From the NCBI GenBank assembly GCA_964564045.1, contig CAZLZP010000002.1, forward strand, positions 27,927 to 77,707: a stretch of 49,781 bases of DNA. The letters run 5' to 3'. Shown here piece by piece: positions 29,581 to 39,180 of this stretch. The stretch comes from an uncultured Rickettsiales bacterium. Lineage in GTDB: Bacteria > Pseudomonadota > Alphaproteobacteria > Rickettsiales > UBA8987. Position 1 is the first letter of the stretch. Every line of letters begins with the position of its first letter. A program made the translations under genes and the position numbers. The notes under the pieces are model-generated. The model made no database searches. It had not been told where the DNA came from and was given only the letters and a program-made list of their open reading frames with translations.

Positions 29581-31044
29581 ATGCTAATATCCACATTATT
29601 CCGCAAGAAATCAGTTGCATCGCTTGTTGCACATGCTGAAGGCGCAGATGGCGAGCAGCATCAATTAAAGCGCTCACTTGGCGCATGGAATTTAACATCT
29701 CTTGGTGTTGGTGGAATAATAGGAGCCGGTATATTCGTAATGACAGGGCAGGCGGCGGCGAACTATGCTGGCCCGGCAATTCTTCTTTCATTCGTTCTTG
29801 CTGGTGTATGCTGTGCGTTTGCGGCACTTTGTTATGCAGAACTTGCTTCCATGATCCCGGTTTCAGGCAGCGCATATTCATATGCCTACGCATCACTTGG
29901 TGAATTATTCGCCTGGATAATGGGTTGGTTGCTATTATTAGAATATGGAGTTTCTGCGGCTACAGTTGCGGTAGGTTGGGGTGGTTACCTTTCAAGCTTC
30001 CTGGCCGATTTTGGCATAATAATTCCCGAGGCTCTCAAAACATCTACGATACAGGTTGTTGGTGTTGGTACGCCTGAATCTCACTGGGTGTTAGGCTCAA
30101 CATATAATCTTCCTGCATCATTTGGTGTTCTTATGTGCGCCTTTCTACTTATGCTTGGCGTGAAAGAATCGGCTAACGCAAACAACGTAATTGTTGCCAT
30201 AAAAGTAAGCGTAATATTACTTTTCATAGCCTTTGGTATCTGGCATGTAGATATGTCTCACTTTACTCCGTTCATCCCGGCTAATGAAGGTGGTGATAAA
30301 TACGGCTACGATGGCGTACTTCGTGCTGCCGGTGTTATTTTCTTTGCCTATATTGGGTTTGAAGCCGTATCTACCGCCGCGCAGGAAGCGAAGAACCCTA
30401 AGAAAGATATACCAATAGGTATCATCGGTTCACTGGTGATATGTACTATTATATATATGGTAGTGGCTTTCGTTCTTGTTGGCATTGTAGATTACAAAAC
30501 ACTTAACGTGCCAGATCCTATCGCCGTTGGTGTTGATGCTATCGGCATGCCGTGGCTTGCATTCCTGGTAAAAATAGGTGCTATCGCCGGCCTATCTTCG
30601 GTAATGTTAGTAATGTTATACGCACAAACACGCGTGTTCTTTACTATGTCGAAAGATGGCTTAATTCCTTCCGTGTTCGGGCACCTTCACCATAAATATA
30701 AAACGCCTTGGCTTAATACCATAATTCTTGGTGTTACAATTTCTGTTATCGCAGGCTTCACTCCAATTTCCATTCTGGGTGATCTGGTAAGTATTGGTAC
30801 GCTAACGGCCTTCTGTATAATATGCTTCAGTGTGTTCTACTTACGTATAACCCACCCCGATATGCACAGGCCGTTCAGTGTTCCGCTTCCTAAAATTACA
30901 CCGATACTTGGCATACTGTGCTGTGGTTACCTTATCTATGGCTTAAGTGAGGTTATGAACGCGCTTAAATGGTACTTCCTGCTGGGTATGGTAATATACT
31001 TTGCTTACGGCTACAGGCACTCAAAGCTTGGAAAAGCTGCCTAG
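29581..31044 (+). CDS. APC-superfamily amino acid permease (cationic amino acid transporter-like)
   Basis: It contains LKRSLGAWNLTSLGVGGIIGAGIF and has about 12-14 TM segments. Confidence 0.85.
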   Translation: MLISTLFRKKSVASLVAHAEGADGEQHQLKRSLGAWNLTSLGVGGIIGAGIFVMTGQAAANYAGPAILLSFVLAGVCCAFAALCYAELASMIPVSGSAYSYAYASLGELFAWIMGWLLLLEYGVSAATVAVGWGGYLSSFLADFGIIIPEALKTSTIQVVGVGTPESHWVLGSTYNLPASFGVLMCAFLLMLGVKESANANNVIVAIKVSVILLFIAFGIWHVDMSHFTPFIPANEGGDKYGYDGVLRAAGVIFFAYIGFEAVSTAAQEAKNPKKDIPIGIIGSLVICTIIYMVVAFVLVGIVDYKTLNVPDPIAVGVDAIGMPWLAFLVKIGAIAGLSSVMLVMLYAQTRVFFTMSKDGLIPSVFGHLHHKYKTPWLNTIILGVTISVIAGFTPISILGDLVSIGTLTAFCIICFSVFYLRITHPDMHRPFSVPLPKITPILGILCCGYLIYGLSEVMNALKWYFLLGMVIYFAYGYRHSKLGKAA

Positions 31045-31136
31045 ATTTACAACATCTTTAGCTTTTTTTAGCTAAAATTGCTTGTTCGGCCCTAAATTTT
31101 CTCTGTACGTTAGTGTAACAGGCTTATAATTGCCTT

Positions 31137-31685
31137 ATGTTTTATCACGAAGATAAAAGTAACCAAACTGAGCCGAAAAAAGTAGCATTGCCGCCAATGT
31201 TCTTTGTTGGTGCACTGGCAATGATGTACCTTCTGCACAATTCCATCCCTGGTTTTTATTTTTTCCGCAGCCGCTTATCTCTTATACTCGGGGGTATGAT
31301 GGTATGCTTTGGTATAGCAATGGTTCTGTGGGCGGTAAAAACATTAAAGAAAGCTGGCACAACACATATTCCTTTTGAAGAATCTACCACGCTGGTGCAA
31401 ACAGGCCCGTTCAGTTACACGCGCAACCCGGTTTATCTTGGAATGGTAATAATATTATTTGGTGTGTTTTGTTTTATGGGCAGTTCTACACCACTAATGA
31501 TGGTATTCATATTCGGTGGTATTATTGAGGATAAATTTATTATGGCTGAAGAAAAAATGCTGGAAGAAAAGTTTGGTGAGCAATACCTAACCTACAAAAA
31601 GAAGGCAAGCAGGTGGTTCCCTTTATTATCGGAATTTGCCTGGGAAAAAACCGAGAGAGCAAAAAACAAAGAAAAATCAAAATGA
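31137..31685 (+). CDS. Isoprenylcysteine carboxyl / phospholipid methyltransferase-family membrane protein
   Basis: It is a multi-TM protein with the block GPFSYTRNPVYLGMVIILFG, characteristic of the ICMT/PEMT family. Confidence 0.7.
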   Translation: MFYHEDKSNQTEPKKVALPPMFFVGALAMMYLLHNSIPGFYFFRSRLSLILGGMMVCFGIAMVLWAVKTLKKAGTTHIPFEESTTLVQTGPFSYTRNPVYLGMVIILFGVFCFMGSSTPLMMVFIFGGIIEDKFIMAEEKMLEEKFGEQYLTYKKKASRWFPLLSEFAWEKTERAKNKEKSK

Positions 31686-31751
31686 TATCGGGCTGGACTT
31701 TTGATTTTATGAGACTAAACTGCGCCCGCTAATGGAAACTAAGAGAGTTTT

Positions 31752-31940
31752 ATGGAAATAAGTTTAACAAAATTATTATTGATAGCATTAGTTATCCTTA
31801 TTGTATTTGGTGGTGGTAAACTGCCGGGCGCAATGAAAGACCTGGGTAAGGGTATCAGGAATTTCAGACAAGGATTAAAAGAGGGGGATGATGAATCTAA
31901 GAAGGCTTTGGAAAAAAACGACGAGAACAACAAAGTCTAG
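31752..31940 (+). CDS. tatA: Twin-arginine translocase subunit TatA/E
   Basis: It is 62 aa, with LLLIALVILIVFGGGKLPGAMKDLGKGIRNFR. No tatB or tatC is adjacent. Confidence 0.85.
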   Translation: MEISLTKLLLIALVILIVFGGGKLPGAMKDLGKGIRNFRQGLKEGDDESKKALEKNDENNKV

Positions 31941-31962
31941 ATACATCAGCGAATAAATACAT

Positions 31963-33933
31963 ATGTCACGTCTTGAGCGCATAAAAAGATTCTTCATCGG
32001 TAAGCCGTTAGATCCTTTCAACACACAAACCAGAAAGCATATTGCGCTTGCAACGTTTTTCGCATGGGTGGGTATTGGTGCAGATGGTCTTTCATCGGCA
32101 TGTTATGGTCCGGAAGAGGCATTCAAAGCGCTAGGGCAGCATACGCAGCTGGCAATATTCCTTGCGTTTGCAACCGGTATCACTGTTTTTGTTATTGGTT
32201 TGGCGTATCTGCAAGTTATCGAATTATTTCCGAATGGTGGCGGCGGGTATCGTGTTGCCTCATCGTTGCTTGGGCCAAGGGCTGGGCTGGTTGCTGGTTC
32301 TGCGCTACTGATAGATTATATATTAACCATTGCAATTTCCATCGCCAGCGCGGTTGATGCCATATTCTCGGTAGTGAATGATCATTACCATATTTACAAA
32401 GTGCCGCTCGAGATATTGCTGATATTCCTGCTTATGTACATGAACCTTCGCGGCATGAAGGAATCGGTAAAATTCCTTATGCCAATATTCCTGGGTTTTG
32501 TATTCTCGTATGTAGGTTTAATAATTTACGGTATTTTTTCGCACTATTATGGGCTGGAAGATATAATGCCAGATGCAGTTATGGAAACCCATAATATGAC
32601 CAAAGACCTTGGGTGGTTCTTTACGCTGGCGCTTTTCTTCAAGGCGTTCTCACTTGGTGGTGGTACATATACCGGGCTGGAAGCGGTTTCAAATTCAGTA
32701 CAGAACCTGGCAGAGCCACGAGTTCGTACCGGTAAGAATACAATGATGGCAATAGCATTCTCTCTTGCGATAATGGCTGCCGGCATAATTCTTCTTTATC
32801 TTCTTTGGGATGTTCGCAAGGTTGATGGCGAAACCCTTAACGCAACAACGTTCAAAGCAATTACTGCAGATTGGGTTTTATTTGGCACTAACATTTCAAT
32901 ATATGTTGTTAGTATAGTTATGTTCCTTTCGGCGGGAATATTGATAGTGGCCAGTAATACCGGCTTCATCGCTGGTCCTGCGGTTCTTGCCAACATGGCG
33001 GTAGATAGGTGGATGCCGCACTTATTCTCTTCACTTTCTTCGCGCCTGGTTACAAAGAACGGCGTGCTACTAATGGGTATAAGTGCAATAGTGGCTATTG
33101 TTGCAACATTGGGCCGGGTAGAATTTCTGGTAATTCTTTACTCTATTAACGTGTTCTTAACGTTCACGCTTTCGCTTGCGGGCATTTGCAGATACAGAAT
33201 AATTAACTTCGGGAACGGCTTCATACATATTCGTAAATTCATCATTCCCTTCTTCGCTTTACTGGTTTCTGCAACCATACTTTGCACAACGGTGTTTGAA
33301 AAATTCTATGAGGGTGGTTGGAAAACCCTGTTTATAACTGGCATATTGGTTTCTATTGGAATTACTATCAAGCGCCACTACCTGTTGGTTCAGGCGAAGA
33401 TCGAGCGTGAAGAAGGCAGAATGGACAGGGTGCTTGATAACGAGATTGAAAAATGTGACAGGCCTAAGCTCGATCACGACAAACCTACGGCGTGTTTCCT
33501 GGTTTCTGAAACATCTGCATCGGGACTGAAAATGATAAACTGGGTGGAAAAACTATTCCCGGAAATATACAAGAACTTCATTTTCGTTTCAGTTGGTGAG
33601 ATAGATACTGAAGAATTTGTTGATGATAAAAAGTGGAATAATTTGCGCCGTGATACCCGCGCGGTGCTGAAAAGATATGTTGATTATGCCAATACCAACG
33701 GCTATGGCAGTACCTATTACCACGCCTACGGAACCGATGTTGTAGACAAGCTTACCGAACTTACAGTGCGTATATCGGAAGAATTTCCGAACACGGTATT
33801 CTTTGCCACCAAGCTTATTTCCGATAACGAGAACTTCCTGACGCAACTGCTGCATAACCAAACGGCGTACATTCTTCAGCGCCGCCTTCACAACGTGGGC
33901 AAAACGCTTATAGTTATGCCGTTCAAGCTTTAA
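31963..33933 (+). CDS. APC-family permease with a large cytoplasmic C-terminal domain
   Basis: It has the N-terminal [23 protein letters not shown] block, about 12 TM segments, and a soluble C-terminal extension of about 200 aa. Confidence 0.75.
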   Translation: MSRLERIKRFFIGKPLDPFNTQTRKHIALATFFAWVGIGADGLSSACYGPEEAFKALGQHTQLAIFLAFATGITVFVIGLAYLQVIELFPNGGGGYRVASSLLGPRAGLVAGSALLIDYILTIAISIASAVDAIFSVVNDHYHIYKVPLEILLIFLLMYMNLRGMKESVKFLMPIFLGFVFSYVGLIIYGIFSHYYGLEDIMPDAVMETHNMTKDLGWFFTLALFFKAFSLGGGTYTGLEAVSNSVQNLAEPRVRTGKNTMMAIAFSLAIMAAGIILLYLLWDVRKVDGETLNATTFKAITADWVLFGTNISIYVVSIVMFLSAGILIVASNTGFIAGPAVLANMAVDRWMPHLFSSLSSRLVTKNGVLLMGISAIVAIVATLGRVEFLVILYSINVFLTFTLSLAGICRYRIINFGNGFIHIRKFIIPFFALLVSATILCTTVFEKFYEGGWKTLFITGILVSIGITIKRHYLLVQAKIEREEGRMDRVLDNEIEKCDRPKLDHDKPTACFLVSETSASGLKMINWVEKLFPEIYKNFIFVSVGEIDTEEFVDDKKWNNLRRDTRAVLKRYVDYANTNGYGSTYYHAYGTDVVDKLTELTVRISEEFPNTVFFATKLISDNENFLTQLLHNQTAYILQRRLHNVGKTLIVMPFKL

Positions 33934-35831
33934 GCCGCTTTCTTTTCTCTTTCCAGTTTTTTCAGGTAAACCAGTATGGCGGTTGTGGCGGCCGGAGTAA
34001 TGCCTGGTATGCGGCTGGCAGCGCCTATAGTGGCTGGTTTGAAGCGATTAAGCTTTTCGCGTATCTCAATTGAAATACTATCAACTTCCATAAAATCGGT
34101 TCCTTCAGGAATGGTTACGCCTTCATCTTTTCGGAACTGTTTTATTTCCGCTTCCTGATTTTCCATATAGCCCGCATAAAGTGCCTGAATATTCATCTGC
34201 TGAATTACATCTGCACTGAACCCGCTTAATTTTTCCGGCCAGATAGTCTGCAATTTTTCAAAGTTTATATTCGGCATTGCAAGTAACTGCTTGCCATTCC
34301 TGCGAATACCATCGGCGTTCAATTTAATATCGTGTTTTTCCGCTTCGTTCGGAGTAAGGCTTATTTCCTCAAGCGCAGAGATAATTCTGCCTATCGCGTT
34401 CATTTTATCTTCAAACCTTGCGGCGCGTTTTTCACTTATTATATCACGTTCCATGATAAGTGATGTTAAGCGTATATCGGCATTATCTGCACGCATACTT
34501 AGGCGATATTCTGCACGGCTGGTGAACATTCTGTATGGTTCAGTTGTGCCTAAAGTTATAAGGTCATCTATCATCACGCCAATATATGCCTGGCTTCTAT
34601 CCAGCGTGAACGGCTCTTCACCCTGTGTCTTTAAACCGGCGTTCAAACCCGCTATTAAACCTTGCGCGCCTGCTTCTTCGTAACCTGTTGTGCCGTTTAT
34701 CTGCCCCGCCAAAAACAAGCCACTAACCTTTTTGGTTTCCAAAGTGCTCTTCAATTCACGCGGGTCGATGTAGTCATATTCTATGGCGTAGCCATATTGG
34801 GTAATAACGCAATTTTCTAAACCTTTTATGGAATGCATGTAGGCATCCTGCACATCTTTCGGTAATGAAGTTGAAAGGCCGTTCGGGTATATCAGTTCGC
34901 TATCTAAACCTTCCGGCTCTAAGAATATCTGGTGACGTTCCTTATCGGCAAAGCGGCTTATTTTATCTTCAATAGAAGGGCAGTAGCGTGGGCCAACGCC
35001 GCTTATCTCGCCAGCATACATGGCCGACTGATGCAAGTTATCGCCAATTATTTTATGCGTATTGGCATTTGTATAAGTTATAAAACATTTTATCTGCGGA
35101 ACTTTTACTTCGTCAGTTATGTAGCTGAACGGCACCGGAGTTTTGTCGCCCGGCTGTTCATCAAGAATATCCCAGTTAATGCTGCTTTTTAAAACGCGTG
35201 GAGGAGTTCCGGTTTTTAATCTTCCCAGTTCAAAGCCTATATTCATTAAACTTTCCGAAAGCTTGGCTGCCGGTTTCTCTATTTTGTTATCTTCACCAAA
35301 TCTTCCCGCCGGAATTTTTTCACGGCCGATATGAATTAGCCCGCGCAAGAAAGTTCCAGTAGTAAGCACAACATTACTGGTTTCAAATTTTGTGCCGTTC
35401 TCTGTTACAACTGCACTTACACTTGTACCTGTACTTGTACTAAAAACTATATCATCCACCCCATCTTCAAACACATCCAAATTCGGATAGTTCAATATAA
35501 CTTCCTGCATGGCCTGCTTGTATAATTTTCTATCAGCCTGGGCACGAGGGCCCCATACAGCCGGGCCTTTGGAAGCATTCAGTGTTTTATAGTGAATTCC
35601 GGCTTTATCTGTTACCACGCCCATTACGCCATCTAGCGCATCTATCTCGCGAACCAGCGTGCCTTTGGCAACGCCGCCAATGGCTGGGTTACAGCTCATC
35701 TGGCCGATAGTATCACGCTTGTGGGTTATAAGCAAAGTGCGTGCGCCTGTGCGCGCAGAAGCAGTTGCCGCTTCACAGCCCGCATGCCCGCCGCCTATCA
35801 CTATAACATCGTATTTATTCTGGTAATTCAT
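33930..35831 (-). CDS. mnmG: tRNA uridine 5-carboxymethylaminomethyl modification enzyme MnmG (GidA)
   Basis: It contains [25 protein letters not shown] and the GidA C-terminal domain. Confidence 0.95.
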   Translation of the reverse strand: MNYQNKYDVIVIGGGHAGCEAATASARTGARTLLITHKRDTIGQMSCNPAIGGVAKGTLVREIDALDGVMGVVTDKAGIHYKTLNASKGPAVWGPRAQADRKLYKQAMQEVILNYPNLDVFEDGVDDIVFSTSTGTSVSAVVTENGTKFETSNVVLTTGTFLRGLIHIGREKIPAGRFGEDNKIEKPAAKLSESLMNIGFELGRLKTGTPPRVLKSSINWDILDEQPGDKTPVPFSYITDEVKVPQIKCFITYTNANTHKIIGDNLHQSAMYAGEISGVGPRYCPSIEDKISRFADKERHQIFLEPEGLDSELIYPNGLSTSLPKDVQDAYMHSIKGLENCVITQYGYAIEYDYIDPRELKSTLETKKVSGLFLAGQINGTTGYEEAGAQGLIAGLNAGLKTQGEEPFTLDRSQAYIGVMIDDLITLGTTEPYRMFTSRAEYRLSMRADNADIRLTSLIMERDIISEKRAARFEDKMNAIGRIISALEEISLTPNEAEKHDIKLNADGIRRNGKQLLAMPNINFEKLQTIWPEKLSGFSADVIQQMNIQALYAGYMENQEAEIKQFRKDEGVTIPEGTDFMEVDSISIEIREKLNRFKPATIGAASRIPGITPAATTAILVYLKKLEREKKAA

Positions 35832-35919
35832 ATTCGGGGCGGGTTATACCTTAAAAATGGCTTTTTTTCAATGATATTCTATGTTACTGTAATCAAGGCC
35901 AAACTAGCCTGAGGGGCTT

Positions 35920-36369
35920 ATGGAAAGAAAACCACTGATATACATGCTAATAACTGGAAACCTTCACAAGGCAGATCAGATTAAGGGTGGCTTAAGTTGT
36001 ATAAGGAACTATGATCTAGATGTAAGGGATTTCAGTAGAAAAGGTGTGGAAGCGCTGAAAGAAGCATTAAAAGAAAGCCCTCCAGATATACTTGTTATAA
36101 ATGCCGGAGAAGATAAAGGTAATGTTAATCTTGTAAACGATTTTCCTGAGCTTAAAAATATGATACTTATTAGCTCTTACACAAAGGATAAGCTGAGAGA
36201 AGATGTTGGTAGAGAAAAGATAGACAGGTTTACTTTACTTTGTGGCTCAGATGAAAGAAATTATACGAAGTTAGAAGCTGTAGTAAAGAATTTACTAGCA
36301 AAAATTGTTACAGATAAATTGGGGATGCAACAAAAACCGGAAGGCAGAAACCCTGCAGACGAGAGCTAA
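35920..36369 (+). CDS. Orphan hypothetical protein (149 aa), possibly a degenerate receiver-like fold
   Basis: An SD (GAGGGG) precedes the ATG. The alternating beta-alpha pattern (LIYMLITGN...DILVINAGED...MILISSY) resembles CheY-like domains but lacks the acidic pocket and phospho-acceptor Asp. Confidence 0.5.
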   Translation: MERKPLIYMLITGNLHKADQIKGGLSCIRNYDLDVRDFSRKGVEALKEALKESPPDILVINAGEDKGNVNLVNDFPELKNMILISSYTKDKLREDVGREKIDRFTLLCGSDERNYTKLEAVVKNLLAKIVTDKLGMQQKPEGRNPADES

Positions 36370-36767
36370 TTCGCAAGCCTAATAGCTTCCGCGGAATCCA
36401 GCGAAAATACTGGTATCTGGGCGTGGAACACAAGATCATCATTGTTTTTGAACTCATATTCACCGTGCATTATACCTGTAGGCGTTGTTAACGATACTGA
36501 TGAAGAATAATCGTAGCTTTCGCCTGAAAGAATTATTGGCTGTACACCAATAACCCCAGGGCCGCGAACTTCCTGAACTGTGCCTTTACCATCAACTATA
36601 TGCCAATATCTGTTCATTAACTGAACTGGGTGCTTGCCGTTGTTGGTAATTTTTATATGATACACCCAAACATAAATTCCTTCTGTCGGAGAAGATTCAT
36701 ATTCAATATACTCCGGCTGGGCGGAAATACTTATAAAATCGGTAGATAGAGTAAACAAATTGCCCAT
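36366..36767 (-). CDS. apaG: ApaG (DUF525) protein
   Basis: It contains VWVYHIKITNNGKHPVQLMNRYWHIVDGKGTVQEVRGPGVIG.QP. Confidence 0.85.
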   Translation of the reverse strand: MGNLFTLSTDFISISAQPEYIEYESSPTEGIYVWVYHIKITNNGKHPVQLMNRYWHIVDGKGTVQEVRGPGVIGVQPIILSGESYDYSSSVSLTTPTGIMHGEYEFKNNDDLVFHAQIPVFSLDSAEAIRLAN

Positions 36768-38352
36768 GAATGAGATAGTAAAAGTTAATAATCTTCAGGT
36801 ATCGATCAAAAATAATAAACTGATAGATAATATAAGTTTCGAAATAAACAAGGGGGAAATTTTTGCACTTGTTGGCGAAAGCGGTTCGGGAAAAAGCCTG
36901 ACTGCCTATTCTATTGTAAACCTTTTGAAACATCTTGGTAATTTTGAAGTTTCGGGAGAGGTTATATTTGAAGGCGGGAATAACCTGTCACTTTCCGATG
37001 ACGATATCCGCAAAGTGCGCGGCGGCAAAATTGCGATGATCTTCCAAGACCCCATGACATCACTAAACCCGCTGCACACAATTGAACGCCAGCTTACCGA
37101 GGCGATAGAACTGCATCAGAAAAAAACTTCGGCGGAAATTCATGCGCGTATTCTGGAACTGCTTGATCAGGTGGAACTGGAAGGTTTGCACAGCAGGCTT
37201 AATGCGTATCCGCACCAGCTTTCTGGTGGGCAGCGCCAACGAGTGATGATAGCGATGGCGCTTGCAAACAATCCGGCACTTATAATCGCTGATGAACCTA
37301 CCACCGCTCTTGATGTTACGGTTCAAAAGGAAATACTGAAGCTGCTGAAAAAACTTCAGCGCGATAACGGCCTTAGCATTCTGCTTATTACACACGATTT
37401 AACCATTGTGCAGCGTGTGGCAGACAGGGTTGCGGTAATGAAGAGCGGTAAAATTGTCGAGCTGAAAAATAACGCAGATATATTCTCTAACCCTGAACAT
37501 GAATACACAAAAAAACTTCTTACGGCTGAACCAAAAGGTGACCCTGCACCAATACCTTCAGATGCAAAGCAGCTTCTGGAAGTAAAGAATTTAAATGTTT
37601 CATACATGGTTGGGAAAAACTTTTTTGGTTTCAAGAAAAAATATTTTGATGCCGCAAAAAATATATCTCTGAAATTAATGGAAGGCCAAACCATAGGCAT
37701 AGTAGGCGAAAGCGGTAGCGGCAAATCTACCGTGGCCAAGGCCGTTTTGAAGCTGGTGGAATCGCAGGGCGATATAATTCTGAAGGGGCATAAAATCTCC
37801 AACTATTCTGAGCGAAAATTCAAGCCATATCGCAAAAAGATACAAATAGTATACCAAGATCCTTACTCTTCGCTTAACCCAAGAATGACCGTAAAACAGA
37901 TAATTTCTGAGGGTTTGCGGGTTCATACCAAAAAAACTGAGCCGGAAATTGATGTAATTATTGATGAAATGCTGGTTTCATTAGGCTTAAAAATGGAATA
38001 TAAGCACCGTTTTCCGCACGAGCTTTCCGGAGGAGAAAAGCAGCGTGTGGGGCTTGCGCGCAGTTTAGTGTTAAAACCCAGTGTGTTAGTGTTAGATGAA
38101 CCTACATCTGCATTAGATTTAATAACGCAAGCAGAAATACTTCAAATTTTATTAAAATTCCAACTAGAATACAGATTGGGCATTCTCTTTATAAGCCACG
38201 ATTTGCGCGTGATTCGAGCGATTTCTCACTATCTTTTGGTTATGAAACGTGGTATAATTGTAACTGAAGGTAATAAGGAGAAAGTACTCGATGATCCGCA
38301 GGAGCAATACACCAGAAATCTGGTTGAAAGCGCCTTTTTACAGGGCATCTAA
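36766..38352 (+). CDS. ABC transporter ATP-binding protein with duplicated ATPase domains (oligopeptide/microcin-C YejF-like)
   Basis: It has two Walker A sites (GESGSGKS twice), two signature motifs ([16 protein letters not shown]) and two Walker B sites. No permease or binding-protein gene is adjacent. Confidence 0.85.
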   Translation: MNEIVKVNNLQVSIKNNKLIDNISFEINKGEIFALVGESGSGKSLTAYSIVNLLKHLGNFEVSGEVIFEGGNNLSLSDDDIRKVRGGKIAMIFQDPMTSLNPLHTIERQLTEAIELHQKKTSAEIHARILELLDQVELEGLHSRLNAYPHQLSGGQRQRVMIAMALANNPALIIADEPTTALDVTVQKEILKLLKKLQRDNGLSILLITHDLTIVQRVADRVAVMKSGKIVELKNNADIFSNPEHEYTKKLLTAEPKGDPAPIPSDAKQLLEVKNLNVSYMVGKNFFGFKKKYFDAAKNISLKLMEGQTIGIVGESGSGKSTVAKAVLKLVESQGDIILKGHKISNYSERKFKPYRKKIQIVYQDPYSSLNPRMTVKQIISEGLRVHTKKTEPEIDVIIDEMLVSLGLKMEYKHRFPHELSGGEKQRVGLARSLVLKPSVLVLDEPTSALDLITQAEILQILLKFQLEYRLGILFISHDLRVIRAISHYLLVMKRGIIVTEGNKEKVLDDPQEQYTRNLVESAFLQGI

Positions 38353-38359
38353 ACTAGCG

Positions 38360-38659
38360 ATGTTTTTACCGCTGGTACTACTTACTTCCTGCGCCTTTTT
38401 ACAAGATACATTAAAGTACATAGATAACATGTACACCAACGATGTTCCGTTCACCATTTCGGAGTACAACGAATTAACCGGCGAGAAGCCGAGATTAAAG
38501 CTGAAAGGCTACGAAGACATAGATCTGAAGATAAGTACCGAACAATTCTACATCCGCAAAACTATCAAGCTGACAGACTTCTATCTTGATAGCGGCAAAA
38601 AATTCAAGGAGAGCGAAGAAAGAAGGTTTGCTAAAAAAGAAATATTAACTCTCCATTAA
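38360..38659 (+). CDS. Small lipoprotein (99 aa)
   Basis: It has a lipobox MFLPLVLLTSC and is similar to the next ORF (LKLKGYEDIDLKI vs LKVRGFKDCKLNV). An intrinsic terminator follows. Confidence 0.55.
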   Translation: MFLPLVLLTSCAFLQDTLKYIDNMYTNDVPFTISEYNELTGEKPRLKLKGYEDIDLKISTEQFYIRKTIKLTDFYLDSGKKFKESEERRFAKKEILTLH

Positions 38660-38681
38660 ATTCTCCTCCATTAGAGAATAG

Positions 38682-38723
38682 GCTCCGTTGTTTGTATACC
38701 CCTCACAACGGGGCTTTTTATTT
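38682..38723 (+). terminator. Rho-independent terminator
   Basis: The stem is GCTCCGTTGT / ACAACGGGGC (10 bp, one mismatch) with a 13-nt loop. It is followed by TTTTTATTT. Confidence 0.55.
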
Positions 38724-38749
38724 CTATAAATATCTCTATATTAGGCTGT

Positions 38750-39106
38750 ATGAGCATTCTTAAACAAAGAACCTTGCAGCTTATTTATGTTATTCCTTTA
38801 TTGGCCTTAACAGCATGCAGCTTATTCAATGTTGTGCCAGATAAAAAAGAATCTGTTAAAAATAGAAAGCCGCCGTTAATAAGCCTTAAACCATATAATT
38901 ACGATAGAAACGAAAGGGTTCACCTTAAGGTTCGGGGGTTTAAAGATTGCAAGCTGAATGTAGATGGCGAGAGCATGTTTTTCAGCACCAGATTCAGGTT
39001 TTCAGACGCATTTCTGAAAGAAAACTATCGTACCGAGGAAGATGCCGGGCCATATTGTACCATTGCCGATCCATGTCTTCCTAAAACCCGCGAAAAGCCA
39101 TACTAG
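38750..39106 (+). CDS. Small lipoprotein (118 aa), paralog of 38360..38659
   Basis: It has a signal peptide and lipobox (IPLLALTAC). Confidence 0.6.
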   Translation: MSILKQRTLQLIYVIPLLALTACSLFNVVPDKKESVKNRKPPLISLKPYNYDRNERVHLKVRGFKDCKLNVDGESMFFSTRFRFSDAFLKENYRTEEDAGPYCTIADPCLPKTREKPY

Positions 39107-39180
39107 GCTATAAGCATTAAATAATACCAAAATCTATTGATTGCATGGCAATTCTGCTCTATATGGAGTCCGGGTTAAAA

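Noticed and set aside
33145-33177. ATTAAC-N5-CTTAAC with the correct 11-bp spacing inside the APC permease gene
   Set aside because: The half-sites match, but the sequence 10 bp downstream (TCGCTT) is not a -10 box. It lies deep inside a coding region on the sense strand. It is not counted as a sixth promoter, although it could still be a weak binding site.
35832-35919. Possible oriC next to mnmG (gidA)
   Set aside because: The spacer is only 88 bp, I could find no cluster of DnaA-box-like TTATCCACA sequences, and mnmE, rsmG and parAB are not adjacent.
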